Positions 28,375 to 37,381 of a DNA stretch of 64,000 nucleotides are shown piece by piece. The stretch's first letter is position 1, and the number at the start of each line of letters is the position of its first letter. The notes beneath the pieces are model-generated. The model was not told the origin of the DNA, made no database searches, and worked only from the letters and a program-made list of their open reading frames with translations. The position numbers were made by a program, and so were the translations under genes. This stretch comes from an uncultured Acidobacteriota bacterium (lineage in GTDB: Bacteria; Actinomycetota; Acidimicrobiia; Spongiisociales; ZC4RG35), in contig CAWHEU010000025.1 in the NCBI GenBank assembly GCA_963828465.1, forward strand, positions 32,001 to 96,000, given 5' to 3'.

Positions 28375-29871
28375 TTGGCGAACGGCAAAGGGTTTGACGT
28401 TGCGATCGTTGGCGGCGGGCCCGCGGGGTCCGTCCTGGCAAATCGGCTGACCGACGACGCCGACCGAACAGTGCTCCTGGTCGAGGCCGGGCCCGACTAT
28501 GGCCCAGATGTCGCGGACTGGCCGGCGGATCTCCTCTTCCCTCAGCAGCAGCCACTGACATCGCACTCATGGGGACTCCACGATGCTGAAAATGGGAACT
28601 TCCTTCCCCGAGCTCGCGTGCTTGGCGGCTCGTCGGCGGTCAACGCCTGCTATTGGATTCGCGCCTCAGCGGCTGACTACGACGAATGGGAGGCCCTCGG
28701 CAATCCTGGGTGGGGGTTCGACGATCTGTTGCCGTACTTCCGGCAAGCCGAGTCCGACCCACTCGGGGGCCCACTCCATGGAACCGAGGGCCCGGTTCGG
28801 GTATGGCGGGCTACCGACTGGTCGCAAGGGGACCTCGCCTTCACCGAAGCCGCCGACTCCCTGGGATTGAGCAAGGTCGTGGACATCAACGGCGACCGGG
28901 ACCAATTTCCTTCTGTCGGTCCGGTACCCAAGAACATCGTCACCGACAATCGGTTCAACGCCGCCCTGAGCTATCTGGCATCGGTCCGCCACCGGCCGAA
29001 TCTGACGATCCAGACGGACACTCTGGTCGACCGGGTGCGTTTCGCCGATGAGCGCGCAATCGGGATCGTCACGAGCACCGGGGACGAGATCGACGCCGAT
29101 TTGGTGGTTCTGGCGGCGGGCGCCTACTTCACGCCCGGAATCTTGAACCGCTCGGGGTACGGGAACGAAGAACACCTCCACTCCCTCGACATCCCGGTCC
29201 GTCAGCATCTTCCCGGGATCGGCCAAAACCTGCTCGATCATCCGTTCGCGATCGACGTCGCGGAGGCAGTGATTGTCCCGGAGGCTGAGTTCGGCGAGAA
29301 GATCCAGGGACAGGCAATGGCACGGAGTCGATCCCCCAGGTCACCGGGAGAGATCGACTGTCACATTTACAACGGTCAGAGCTTCGACGACGACCTGGGG
29401 CGTTGGGTCATCGGCCTTGCTGTTTCGATGGTGAACGCTCGCTCAGTAGGCGTCGTCTCGCTCACATCCGCAGATCCGACTGCCCTTCCCCATGTCGAAC
29501 ATCGGCACTATTCGGAACCAGAAGATCTCGAGCGGATGTGCGACGGCATCGAGATGACCATGGAGATCTACTCGTCCTCGCAGTTAGCTGCCGTCATCGA
29601 ACCAGCCGGGAAACGGCGTTGGGAGTGGAGCGATCGGAAGTCCTTGGAAGAGCTGGTCCGGCAGCGGTCGCAGACGACCAACCACTGCTCGGGCACGGCC
29701 AAGATCGGCCCCGCCAGCGACTCGCTCGCCGTCACCGACTCGTCCGGCCACGTCTATGGGGCGGAGAACCTCGTCGTAGCCGACAGCTCGCTGTTCCCGA
29801 CCTGCCCGCGTGGGAACATCCACTTCCCCGTAGTTGCAGTTGCGGAGAAGATCGCCGCCGGGCTCACGTGA
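28375..29871 (+). CDS. GMC-family flavin oxidoreductase
   Basis: GGGPAG, LGGSSAVN, GQNLLDHP, HCSGT, VADSSLFP. Confidence 0.92.
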   Translation: MANGKGFDVAIVGGGPAGSVLANRLTDDADRTVLLVEAGPDYGPDVADWPADLLFPQQQPLTSHSWGLHDAENGNFLPRARVLGGSSAVNACYWIRASAADYDEWEALGNPGWGFDDLLPYFRQAESDPLGGPLHGTEGPVRVWRATDWSQGDLAFTEAADSLGLSKVVDINGDRDQFPSVGPVPKNIVTDNRFNAALSYLASVRHRPNLTIQTDTLVDRVRFADERAIGIVTSTGDEIDADLVVLAAGAYFTPGILNRSGYGNEEHLHSLDIPVRQHLPGIGQNLLDHPFAIDVAEAVIVPEAEFGEKIQGQAMARSRSPRSPGEIDCHIYNGQSFDDDLGRWVIGLAVSMVNARSVGVVSLTSADPTALPHVEHRHYSEPEDLERMCDGIEMTMEIYSSSQLAAVIEPAGKRRWEWSDRKSLEELVRQRSQTTNHCSGTAKIGPASDSLAVTDSSGHVYGAENLVVADSSLFPTCPRGNIHFPVVAVAEKIAAGLT

Positions 29872-29890
29872 GCGGCATCCGGCCCGCGGT

Positions 29891-30358
29891 TCAGTCGATC
29901 GTCCACCTTCGGGTCGAGGGCAGGGGCACATCGCCGTACCCGTGGCAGCGGGCTTCGCTCAGTCGGAACTCGAACAGGACGTAGCGGTCGGGCGGGTCGT
30001 ACCCGGCGGCGTCGGCCACAAGGGCCCACAATTCTGGATCGTCCTCGGCGAGCCCGATGCCACTGGCCGAGAACTCGCCACCTGTGCCCGCATTGTCCGG
30101 GACGCCGCTGTGCAAGGCGAAGAATCCCCGCTCGAGGAGGTCTCGCCGTTTGGGTGAAGTCGGCTCCATGAAGAGGAACAGGCCGTCGCCGGCGAAGATC
30201 GGCGTCACCGGGTGGACTCGAGGGGCCCCCGACTTGCGAACAGTCGCCAGGTATGCCGGCGCTGCCGTCAGTCTGCCTGCTCCGAACCGCGCAAGGTCCG
30301 GCTCAAGTTTGGAGAACTCACCCCAGGTGATCCCCCGAGACGACTCTGGGTCCGACAT
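29891..30358 (-). CDS. Pyridoxamine 5'-phosphate oxidase-like split-barrel protein
   Basis: YLATVRKSGAPRVHPV and SPKRRDL..FALHS. Confidence 0.8.
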   Translation of the reverse strand: MSDPESSRGITWGEFSKLEPDLARFGAGRLTAAPAYLATVRKSGAPRVHPVTPIFAGDGLFLFMEPTSPKRRDLLERGFFALHSGVPDNAGTGGEFSASGIGLAEDDPELWALVADAAGYDPPDRYVLFEFRLSEARCHGYGDVPLPSTRRWTID

Positions 30359-30383
30359 GCCCGATATCTGGCTCGCTCGGCCT

Positions 30384-30788
30384 CTAGCCCTGTTCGATGC
30401 GGATCATGTTGCCCGCCGGGTCCCGCAAGGCGGCGTCGCGGACACCCCAGAACTGGTCGGCCGGCTCTGACAGGACCTCGACGCCTGGCGCGGCGGCCGT
30501 CTTGTCAAAGGTGGTATCGAGATCATCGGTCCGGAAGAACGGACCCGGCAGCTCACCCTTGGCGAGCAGGGCGGCGAGGGTGTCTCCGTCCTCCTGAGAC
30601 CGGCCGGCATGTGGCTGCGACAACACGATCTTGATCTCGGGCTGACTCTCGGTGGCAAGCGTGATCCAGCGGAAGCCCTCGTTCTCGACCTCGTCCTGCA
30701 CCGTGAGTCCCAGGGTGTCTCGGTAGAAGCCGAGGGCGGCGTCAGGGTCGTCGACGTAGATGTGCACTGTGCTCAGTGAAACGCTCAT
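30384..30788 (-). CDS. VOC/glyoxalase-bleomycin-resistance family protein
   Basis: VDDPDAALGFYRDTLG and WGVRDAALRDPAGN. Start is ATG 30788. Confidence 0.9.
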   Translation of the reverse strand: MSVSLSTVHIYVDDPDAALGFYRDTLGLTVQDEVENEGFRWITLATESQPEIKIVLSQPHAGRSQEDGDTLAALLAKGELPGPFFRTDDLDTTFDKTAAAPGVEVLSEPADQFWGVRDAALRDPAGNMIRIEQG

Positions 30789-30798
30789 GGCAGGAACC

Positions 30799-31254
30799 CT
30801 ACGAGGGCGTGGCGACGGTTGCTTCTCCAAAACTGCTCGCTTCCGACCCGGTGCGCCGGTCCTTCCGTGGCCGGGTGGCAACCATCGTCTGGCAGGAAGG
30901 AACGCCCACCATCTCGCCATGATCGCGGGCGCGGTACGCACTCGGCGCCTCGCCGACTAGCTCGGTGAACTTGGAAGAGAAAGAGCCGAGGCTCGTACAG
31001 CCGACCGCCATGCAGACCTCGGTGACCGATAGGTCACCGATACGAAGCAGCCACTTCGCCCGTTCGATCCGTCGGGTCATCAGGTATGAGTACGGCGTCT
31101 CCGAGTAAGCCTCGCGGAAACGCCGGCTGAAATGCGCCGGCGACATCGCTGCCGTGCGGGCGAGCGCCGGGACGTCGAGCGGCTCCGCGTACTCGCGGTC
31201 CATCTGGTCTCGGGCCTGACGCAAGAGACGAAGCTCGTTCAGGTCGAGGCTCAC
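30799..31254 (-). CDS. Small AraC-type HTH regulator
   Basis: MSPAHFSRRF and SVTEVCMAVGCTSLGSFS. Confidence 0.9.
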   Translation of the reverse strand: MSLDLNELRLLRQARDQMDREYAEPLDVPALARTAAMSPAHFSRRFREAYSETPYSYLMTRRIERAKWLLRIGDLSVTEVCMAVGCTSLGSFSSKFTELVGEAPSAYRARDHGEMVGVPSCQTMVATRPRKDRRTGSEASSFGEATVATPS

Positions 31255-31306
31255 ACGCCCAGCCTAGATCTCACATTGGCATGTCGGCCGAGTCCGGCGA
31301 CTGGCT

Positions 31307-33670
31307 CTATGCCGATCCCACATACTCGGCGAGATGCTGACCGGTGAGGGTTGACCTGTCTGCGACGAGATCTGCCGGTGTGCCCTCGAACACGATCCGC
31401 CCACCATCGTGCCCGGCTCCGGGGCCGAGGTCGATAATCCAGTCGGCGTGGGCCATCACCGCCTGGTTGTGCTCGATCACGATTACGGACTTGCCCGAAT
31501 CGACGAGCTGGTCGAGAAGACCGAGCAGATGCTCGACATCGGCGAGATGCAGCCCACTGGTTGGCTCATCGAGGACGTAGATCCCGCCCTTCTCCGCCAT
31601 GTGGATGGCCAGCTTCAACCGCTGGCGCTCGCCACCCGAGAGCGTCGTCAGCGGTTGACCGATGCTCAGGTAACCAAGCCCGACTGCGGACATCCGTTCC
31701 AGGATGGCGTGAGCGGCCGGCACCCTGGCCTCGCCCTCGGCGAAGAAGAGCTCGGCGTTCGCGACCGACATCTCGAAGACCTCACTGATGTTCTTGTCAC
31801 CGAGCTCGTACTCGAGCACTGCAGCTTCGAACCGCTTGCCCTCGCACACCTCGCAGGTGGTGGCGACGGTGTCCATAAAACCCAACTCGGTGTAGATCAC
31901 ACCGGCGCCGTTGCAGTTGGGACAGGCACCGTCCGAGTTGGGGCTGAACAGCCCCGGCTTCACATCGTTGGCCTTGGCGAACGCCTTCCGGATCGAGTCG
32001 AGCATCCCGGTGTAGGTCGCCGGATTGCTGCGCCGCGACCCGCGAATCTCGGTCTGGTCGACCAGGACAACACCCGTTTCATCCTGAATGGAGCCTTGGA
32101 CGAGCGAGCTCTTTCCCGACCCGGCGACACCGGTGACGACAACCAGCACATTGAGTGGTATGTCGACATCGACGTCTTGGAGATTGTTCTGATTTGCCTT
32201 TCGGATCTCGAGGCTATCGGTCGAGGTCCGGAACTCTGACTTGACGGTTGACCGGTCGTCGAGATGCTTGCCGGTCAACGTGTCGCTGCCCCGCAACTCC
32301 TCGACGGAGCCCTCGAACACCACCTCGCCGCCAGCCGTCCCCGCACCCGGGCCCAGGTCGACGACATGGTCGGCGATCTCGATGGTCTCCGGCTCATGCT
32401 CCACAACGAGCACCGTGTTGCCCTTGTCGCGCAGCTGCACCAGCAAGTCGTTCATGCGTTGCACATCATGTGGGTGGAGGCCGATCGTGGGCTCGTCGAA
32501 GACGTAGGTGACGTCGGTGAGCGGAGATCCGAGGTGGCGGATCATCTTGGTGCGCTGTGCCTCACCGCCCGACAGCGTGCCCGAAGGCCGGTCCAGGGAC
32601 AGGTAGCCGAGGCCGATCTCGACGAAGGAATCGAGCGTCTCCTGCACTGCGTCGAGCAGCGGCTTCGCCGATGGCTCGTCGAGCTCCCGGACCCACTCGG
32701 TGAGATCGCTGATCTGCATCGCGCAGAGGTCGGCAATGCTCTTGCCGGCGATCTTCGAAGAACGGGCTGCCTCGTTGAGCCGGGTGCCTTCGCAGTCGGG
32801 ACATGCCGTGAACGCCACCGCCCGCTCCACGAACTCCCGGATATGCGGCTGCATCGCGTCGACATCCTTGGACAGCAACGACTTCTGTATCTGTGGGACC
32901 AGTCCCTCGTAGGTCAGGTTGATTTCGTTGATCCGGACCTTGGTCGGCTCCTTGTAGAGAAAGTCGTCGAGCTCCTTCTCGGTGTACTCGCGGATCGGCT
33001 TGTCAGGATCGAGGAATCCGGACTCGGTGAAATACCGCACGGACCATCCGCCCGCCTTGTAGCCGGGCACGCTGATCGCGCCCTCGGCGAGTGACTTGTC
33101 CTCGTCGTACAACTGGGTGAGGTCGATGTCGCTGACCGAGCCCATTCCCTCACACCGCGGGCACATTCCGCCGTGATAGACGACGTTGCGCACGGTGATC
33201 CGCTCCCCCTTGCCCTTGTCGACGGTCATCGCGCCGCTCGCCTGACGGGTCGGGATGTTGAACGAAAACGCGGGCGGCGGACCGATGTACGGATCACCGA
33301 GCCGGCTGTAGAGGAGACGCAGCATGGCGTTGGCGTCGGTGACGGTGCCAACTGTGGAGCGGACATTGGCGCCCATCCGATGCTGGTCGACGATGATCGC
33401 TGTCGTCAGCCCGTCGAGCACGTCGACATCGGGCCGCGCCAGCGTCGGCATGAGTCCCTGCACGAAGGCGCTGTAGGTCTCATTGATCAGCCGCTTCGAT
33501 TCGGCGGCGATCGTGTCGAAGACCAGTGAGCTCTTCCCCGAGCCGGAGACCCCGGTGAAAACCGTCAGCCGGCGTTTTGGGATCTCGATGCTGACGTCTT
33601 TGAGGTTGTTCTCCCTGGCTCCGGTCACCCGGATCAAGTCGTGGCTGTCGGCTTCATGCATGCGACTCAC
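31307..33670 (-). CDS. Class II UvrA-like ABC ATPase (UvrA2/DrrC-like)
   Basis: Two Walker A motifs (GVSGSGKSS, GVAGSGKSS), two LSGGE motifs and Zn fingers. At 787 aa it lacks the UvrB-binding domain and first Zn insert of canonical UvrA. Confidence 0.88.
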   Translation of the reverse strand: MSRMHEADSHDLIRVTGARENNLKDVSIEIPKRRLTVFTGVSGSGKSSLVFDTIAAESKRLINETYSAFVQGLMPTLARPDVDVLDGLTTAIIVDQHRMGANVRSTVGTVTDANAMLRLLYSRLGDPYIGPPPAFSFNIPTRQASGAMTVDKGKGERITVRNVVYHGGMCPRCEGMGSVSDIDLTQLYDEDKSLAEGAISVPGYKAGGWSVRYFTESGFLDPDKPIREYTEKELDDFLYKEPTKVRINEINLTYEGLVPQIQKSLLSKDVDAMQPHIREFVERAVAFTACPDCEGTRLNEAARSSKIAGKSIADLCAMQISDLTEWVRELDEPSAKPLLDAVQETLDSFVEIGLGYLSLDRPSGTLSGGEAQRTKMIRHLGSPLTDVTYVFDEPTIGLHPHDVQRMNDLLVQLRDKGNTVLVVEHEPETIEIADHVVDLGPGAGTAGGEVVFEGSVEELRGSDTLTGKHLDDRSTVKSEFRTSTDSLEIRKANQNNLQDVDVDIPLNVLVVVTGVAGSGKSSLVQGSIQDETGVVLVDQTEIRGSRRSNPATYTGMLDSIRKAFAKANDVKPGLFSPNSDGACPNCNGAGVIYTELGFMDTVATTCEVCEGKRFEAAVLEYELGDKNISEVFEMSVANAELFFAEGEARVPAAHAILERMSAVGLGYLSIGQPLTTLSGGERQRLKLAIHMAEKGGIYVLDEPTSGLHLADVEHLLGLLDQLVDSGKSVIVIEHNQAVMAHADWIIDLGPGAGHDGGRIVFEGTPADLVADRSTLTGQHLAEYVGSA

Positions 33671-33733
33671 CCTAAATAAGTGTAAGGACCATGGCTTCTT
33701 CGATCCTGCTCGCTTGGGTTTGGACCCTCGCTT

Positions 33734-35200
33734 TCAAGCCGGAATGGCCGCTCCGAACCAGGTCTCGAGCGCCCGAGGTAGATCCGGGTCCGTGAGGTCT
33801 CCCGCCCAGGCAACATGCCCGTCCGGACGAATCAACACGGCCGGGGGCGGATCAATCTCGCCCAGGACCGGGAGCTCCCATATACCGTCGTGCTTGGCCT
33901 CGATCAGCCGGACCCGATCCGCCCATGGAGCGATGTCGAAGCTCCTCGGCTCACCGAGGTCGAGGAGCACGGGCCGGGCGTCGTGCAACAATCCGAAGAC
34001 ACGAGTGGGACCGTCGGCGGTGTGCAGGTCGAGATCGGGCATACGCCGCCCGAGCAGCGGGTGCCCCTCACCGAGGTCATAGTGGATGTCCAGCGCGGAG
34101 ATCATCGCCGCGATGCGCGTGCGCGGCTCCGCCATGCCGAGCATGTCGAGAACGGTGTCGCGGAGCGCCTGGCTCCGCTCATCTGTGCGGACGAGTGCCA
34201 CCTGCGCCATGGTGTTTTGCAAAACCCGGGCACCGACCGGGTGCCGTTCGGCGTGGTAGGTGTCCAGAAGGCTCTCGGGTGACGTCTTTTTGACCACCTG
34301 GGCCAGCTTCCATCCCAGGTTCACAGCATCCTGCACACCGGTGTTCAGGCCCTGACCGCCCTGCGGGCCATGGACGTGTGCGGCGTCGCCTGCGAGCAGC
34401 ACGCGTCCCTCGCGGTAGGACGCTGCCTGCCGGGTCATGTCGGTGAATCGGGAGATCCACGTGGGGCTGTGCACCCCGAAGTCCGTCCCGTAGGCGCCGA
34501 TGAGCGCCTCGCTGAGGTCCTCCGGGGTGGGCTCGGTGGTGTGTTCGACCTCCTTCTCGAGCAGCACCACGCCGTACGGCCCTCCGCCCTCCTCCCGGTT
34601 GACCGGACCGATGCCACCACCCTCGGGCCGCATGCCGATCTCCGGCTCCTCATCCATCTCCACCTCGGCGATCATGTAGCTGGCCGACGCGTCCCACCCA
34701 GCGAACTCGATGTCGGTCGCCTTGCGGACCAGGCTGCGTCCTCCGTCGCACCCGACGAGGTACTCGGCTCGGATGGTGGTGTCGTCGGACAACTCGACCT
34801 CGACGCCTGTGTCATCCTGGGCGAACCCCACCACCTCTAGTCCACGAAGGATTGGGGCCCCGAGCTCATCGACCCAGTCGGCCAGGATGGGCTCGATCCG
34901 GTTCTGCCACAGCGCAAGGATGTAGTTGTGGCGGGTGGGGAAGTCGCTGATGTCCAGGAAGGTCCCGGCGTAGCCCACGAAGGGATGCGTTTGGCCCTCC
35001 GAGAGGAAGCGCTCCGCGACGCCACGCTGATCGAGCACCTCGATGGTGCGCGAGTGAAGACCCCCGGCTCGCTTGCCGTCGAGATCCTGACTGGTGCGTC
35101 GTTCGATGACGACGACATCGATCCCCGCCAATTTCAGCTCGGCCGCCAACATCAGCCCGGTTGGGCCGCCTCCTGCGATCACCACAGCATGTTCGGTCAT
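33734..35200 (-). CDS. FAD-dependent monooxygenase (rifampin monooxygenase/PheA-TfdB-like)
   Basis: GGGPTG, GCDGGRS, GDAAH..GGQGLNTG, LIRPDGHVAW. RBS GGAGGTG precedes ATG 35200. Confidence 0.88.
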   Translation of the reverse strand: MTEHAVVIAGGGPTGLMLAAELKLAGIDVVVIERRTSQDLDGKRAGGLHSRTIEVLDQRGVAERFLSEGQTHPFVGYAGTFLDISDFPTRHNYILALWQNRIEPILADWVDELGAPILRGLEVVGFAQDDTGVEVELSDDTTIRAEYLVGCDGGRSLVRKATDIEFAGWDASASYMIAEVEMDEEPEIGMRPEGGGIGPVNREEGGGPYGVVLLEKEVEHTTEPTPEDLSEALIGAYGTDFGVHSPTWISRFTDMTRQAASYREGRVLLAGDAAHVHGPQGGQGLNTGVQDAVNLGWKLAQVVKKTSPESLLDTYHAERHPVGARVLQNTMAQVALVRTDERSQALRDTVLDMLGMAEPRTRIAAMISALDIHYDLGEGHPLLGRRMPDLDLHTADGPTRVFGLLHDARPVLLDLGEPRSFDIAPWADRVRLIEAKHDGIWELPVLGEIDPPPAVLIRPDGHVAWAGDLTDPDLPRALETWFGAAIPA

Positions 35201-35281
35201 TGCTACACCTCCATCGCCACCGCGCCCCTGGCCCATTGCGGCTGTCTGTCGAGCCCTCTCCCGCGTCACATACCCTGTCAG

Positions 35282-35407
35282 TCACGGTGTCGAATCCGCA
35301 AGACGCCGGGCCACGGGGATTCCGTGGAGCTCGTCGTCTCCGCGCAAGGCAGCCTCGACGTCGCCCTGTTCGATCGCCGAGCGGAACCTGGCATTGGCTT
35401 CGCCCAT
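35282..35407 (-). pseudogene. Fragment resembling a GntR FCD domain
   Basis: MGEANARFRSAIEQGDVEAALRGDDELHGI resembles the FCD helix pattern. There is no HTH. Confidence 0.45.
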
Positions 35408-35489
35408 CGCGATCGTGTCGCTGAGCTGCGATTCTTCTCGGCCGTCGTGCCTGTTGGTCCCGACCTGGCCGGGTCCGTGTCGGGCGGCA

Positions 35490-35510
35490 CTGTAGAAGTG
35501 GCTGTAGAAG
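35490..35510. repeat. Direct repeat CTGTAGAAG x2 (possible integrase arm-type sites)
   Basis: 12-bp period. It shares the GTAGA core with the repeats at 37123 and 39983-40041. Confidence 0.4.
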
Positions 35511-35571
35511 CGGGAGCAGCCTCAGCGGCTCACACGTCGCGGAGCGTCCCAGTTCGTGGACCTGGCCGTCG

Positions 35572-36618
35572 TCATCGACCTGCTCGATCGTCCTCCTCGA
35601 TCTCAGCCGAAGGGGGACCACCACAAGGGAGTGACGTGCTGTGACGCGCTTCGTTGAAGATTCGACGCAGGCTCACGTCGACCGAGTTCGCGTCGGCGTC
35701 CAGTCGCCGGAACCTCGGAACGACTGCGGTCACGATCCAGCTCCAACGGTCGTCGAAACGGGTGACCCGCGGCCATGCACGCGAACGCAGCACCGCTGGA
35801 AGCCCTCGTCCGAAGGAGTACAGGTAGAAGGACGAGAAGTACGCAAGTTCCTCTCGTAGCCCCCGCGCCTCGAAGCTCAAGCTCGATCCGGCGGAGAACA
35901 GTGTTCCGAAGGTACGGGACAGGCGGTCGAAGTTGGGCTGCACCACGGTGCGTTGCTCGTGCTCGAGGAGTTGGATGTTCCCGTCCCAGATCAGGTCAGT
36001 TGCGGCCTGGCGCGCCGTCGCCGATGCCGCCGGGTCTTCCAGGGCGCGGCGCCCCGCGTCGATCCTCTCGAAGCCCGCGAGGACCGGACCGTAACGCTGG
36101 TCGTTCCCCAGAAGCGCACGTAGACGTTCGATCCCGTCGTCTGTGGACGCGTACACGAGGTGCACCCAGAAGATGTCGTCGAAGATCGCGTTGTTCGTCG
36201 CACGGACGGTTTCTACGTCTCCGAGCAGCAGGATGCTGCGGTGACGGAGGCTCCGCGGGATGTCCGAGTAGCCGCTCCTGTCGGTGTGGAGCCGGAAGGG
36301 GTAGAGCGCGAGCCGGGCGTGATGCGACGCGAAGGCAGCCATGCCAGCCCACTTGAGGCACGTGGGCAAGGAAATGTAGATCCAGGCGTACCCCGAGGAG
36401 ATCTCCAAGTTGCGGTGGAACACGCACGACTGCTGCGTCAGGAAGCTGTCGGCCAGCGCCTGCCACCCCTCGACCGTGTCCGGCGACCCGATTCGCCGAA
36501 CCAGTTCCTTCGGGTTCGGGGCGAGCTCCTCGGCGGCGATCAGCGCGCGTGCCTGGAGGGTTTCCGGTACGTGTGGCGCGATCGGTTCGCGAGGCTCGTC
36601 AGCCGGCAAGGACTTCAC
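35572..36618 (-). CDS. DUF2515-like hypothetical protein (start uncertain)
   Basis: RNLEISSGYAWIY..LKWAGMAAFAS, NNAIFDDIFW, LLEHEQRTVVQP, RWSWI. Confidence 0.6.
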   Translation of the reverse strand: MKSLPADEPREPIAPHVPETLQARALIAAEELAPNPKELVRRIGSPDTVEGWQALADSFLTQQSCVFHRNLEISSGYAWIYISLPTCLKWAGMAAFASHHARLALYPFRLHTDRSGYSDIPRSLRHRSILLLGDVETVRATNNAIFDDIFWVHLVYASTDDGIERLRALLGNDQRYGPVLAGFERIDAGRRALEDPAASATARQAATDLIWDGNIQLLEHEQRTVVQPNFDRLSRTFGTLFSAGSSLSFEARGLREELAYFSSFYLYSFGRGLPAVLRSRAWPRVTRFDDRWSWIVTAVVPRFRRLDADANSVDVSLRRIFNEARHSTSLPCGGPPSAEIEEDDRAGR

Positions 36619-37045
36619 GATCGCCCGCGAGGGTGTGCTTGCGGCTGATGTCTGCGGCGAAGGCAGTGTCTGCTCGTTGACGTGTCGCTCGAGGAAGACG
36701 CTGCAGGTGAGGGCAGAGATGCGCGCGGACATTGGGGTGAGGGTGGGCAACCACCCCACGGACGCTCGCACTGGTACGAGATGCAGGTGGTACACCCATC
36801 TCACCGCGGAGTATATCTCCACCCGCGCAGGCACCGTGCCCACCGCTCGATACTGCTGAATGGTCAGGTTGCGCGGGTTTGCCTCGACGATGACGTTGCC
36901 TCGACCTTGAAGCGCCCCGGGTTTGGTGACGTCTCTGAGCTGCGTCGACAAGATGCCACCTGCCACCAGCGGCTGTCCCCCGACGAACTGTGCTGGGCGG
37001 AGAGAGGCGTCCACGAGGCGACATGCTCTGATCGGCCGACCCAGC

Positions 37046-37129
37046 ATGACCTACCAGCACGTGCTCCCGGGGATGGGCGCCCAGGCCGCCAACTGCTTCG
37101 TCAGCCTCATCGCCGACGGCGGCCGGTAG
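37046..37129 (+). pseudogene. Tyrosine integrase C-terminal remnant (scar 1)
   Basis: MTYQHVLPGMGAQAANCFVSLI matches the actinobacterial integrase tail around the catalytic Tyr (TxxxYxHVxPxMxxxAA). Confidence 0.7.
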
Positions 37130-37142
37130 ATCGATCTACCGG
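37123..37142. repeat. 20-bp perfect palindrome at the end of the integrase remnant
   Basis: CCGGTAGATCGATCTACCGG, i.e. two inverted CGGTAGA units. Confidence 0.75.
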
Positions 37143-37345
37143 GGGCGAAACTCCTCGATGTTGTCCGATGTGGAGTGTTCCTGGCCGACTTGGGTGACCT
37201 GACCGGTTTCAACATCGTCTACCGGCGGGCCTTCGGAGATAGGCTTCCTGCACGCACCAAGGTGGGTGCATTCCTACCCGGATATCGGGTCGAGATCGAC
37301 TGCATCGCAGCCATCCCCTTGGAGTCAGAAATGGCCGATCAATGA
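37142..37345 (+). pseudogene. RidA/YjgF family C-terminal fragment
   Basis: GAKLLDVVRCGVFLADLGDLTGFNIVYRRAFGDRLPARTKVG..VEIDCIA. The N-terminus is missing (in-frame stop at 37127). Confidence 0.7.
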
Positions 37346-37381
37346 GAATACCGCCCGGAATGCATACGGGTCAGAGCCGAC

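Noticed and set aside
31307-33670. Canonical uvrA
   Set aside because: It is too short and lacks the UvrB-binding domain, so it is a class II paralog.
36620-37045. Coding region or structured RNA between the DUF2515-like gene and integrase scar 1
   Set aside because: Open frames exist on both strands, but there is no recognisable motif, start signal or convincing structure. It is probably decayed sequence.
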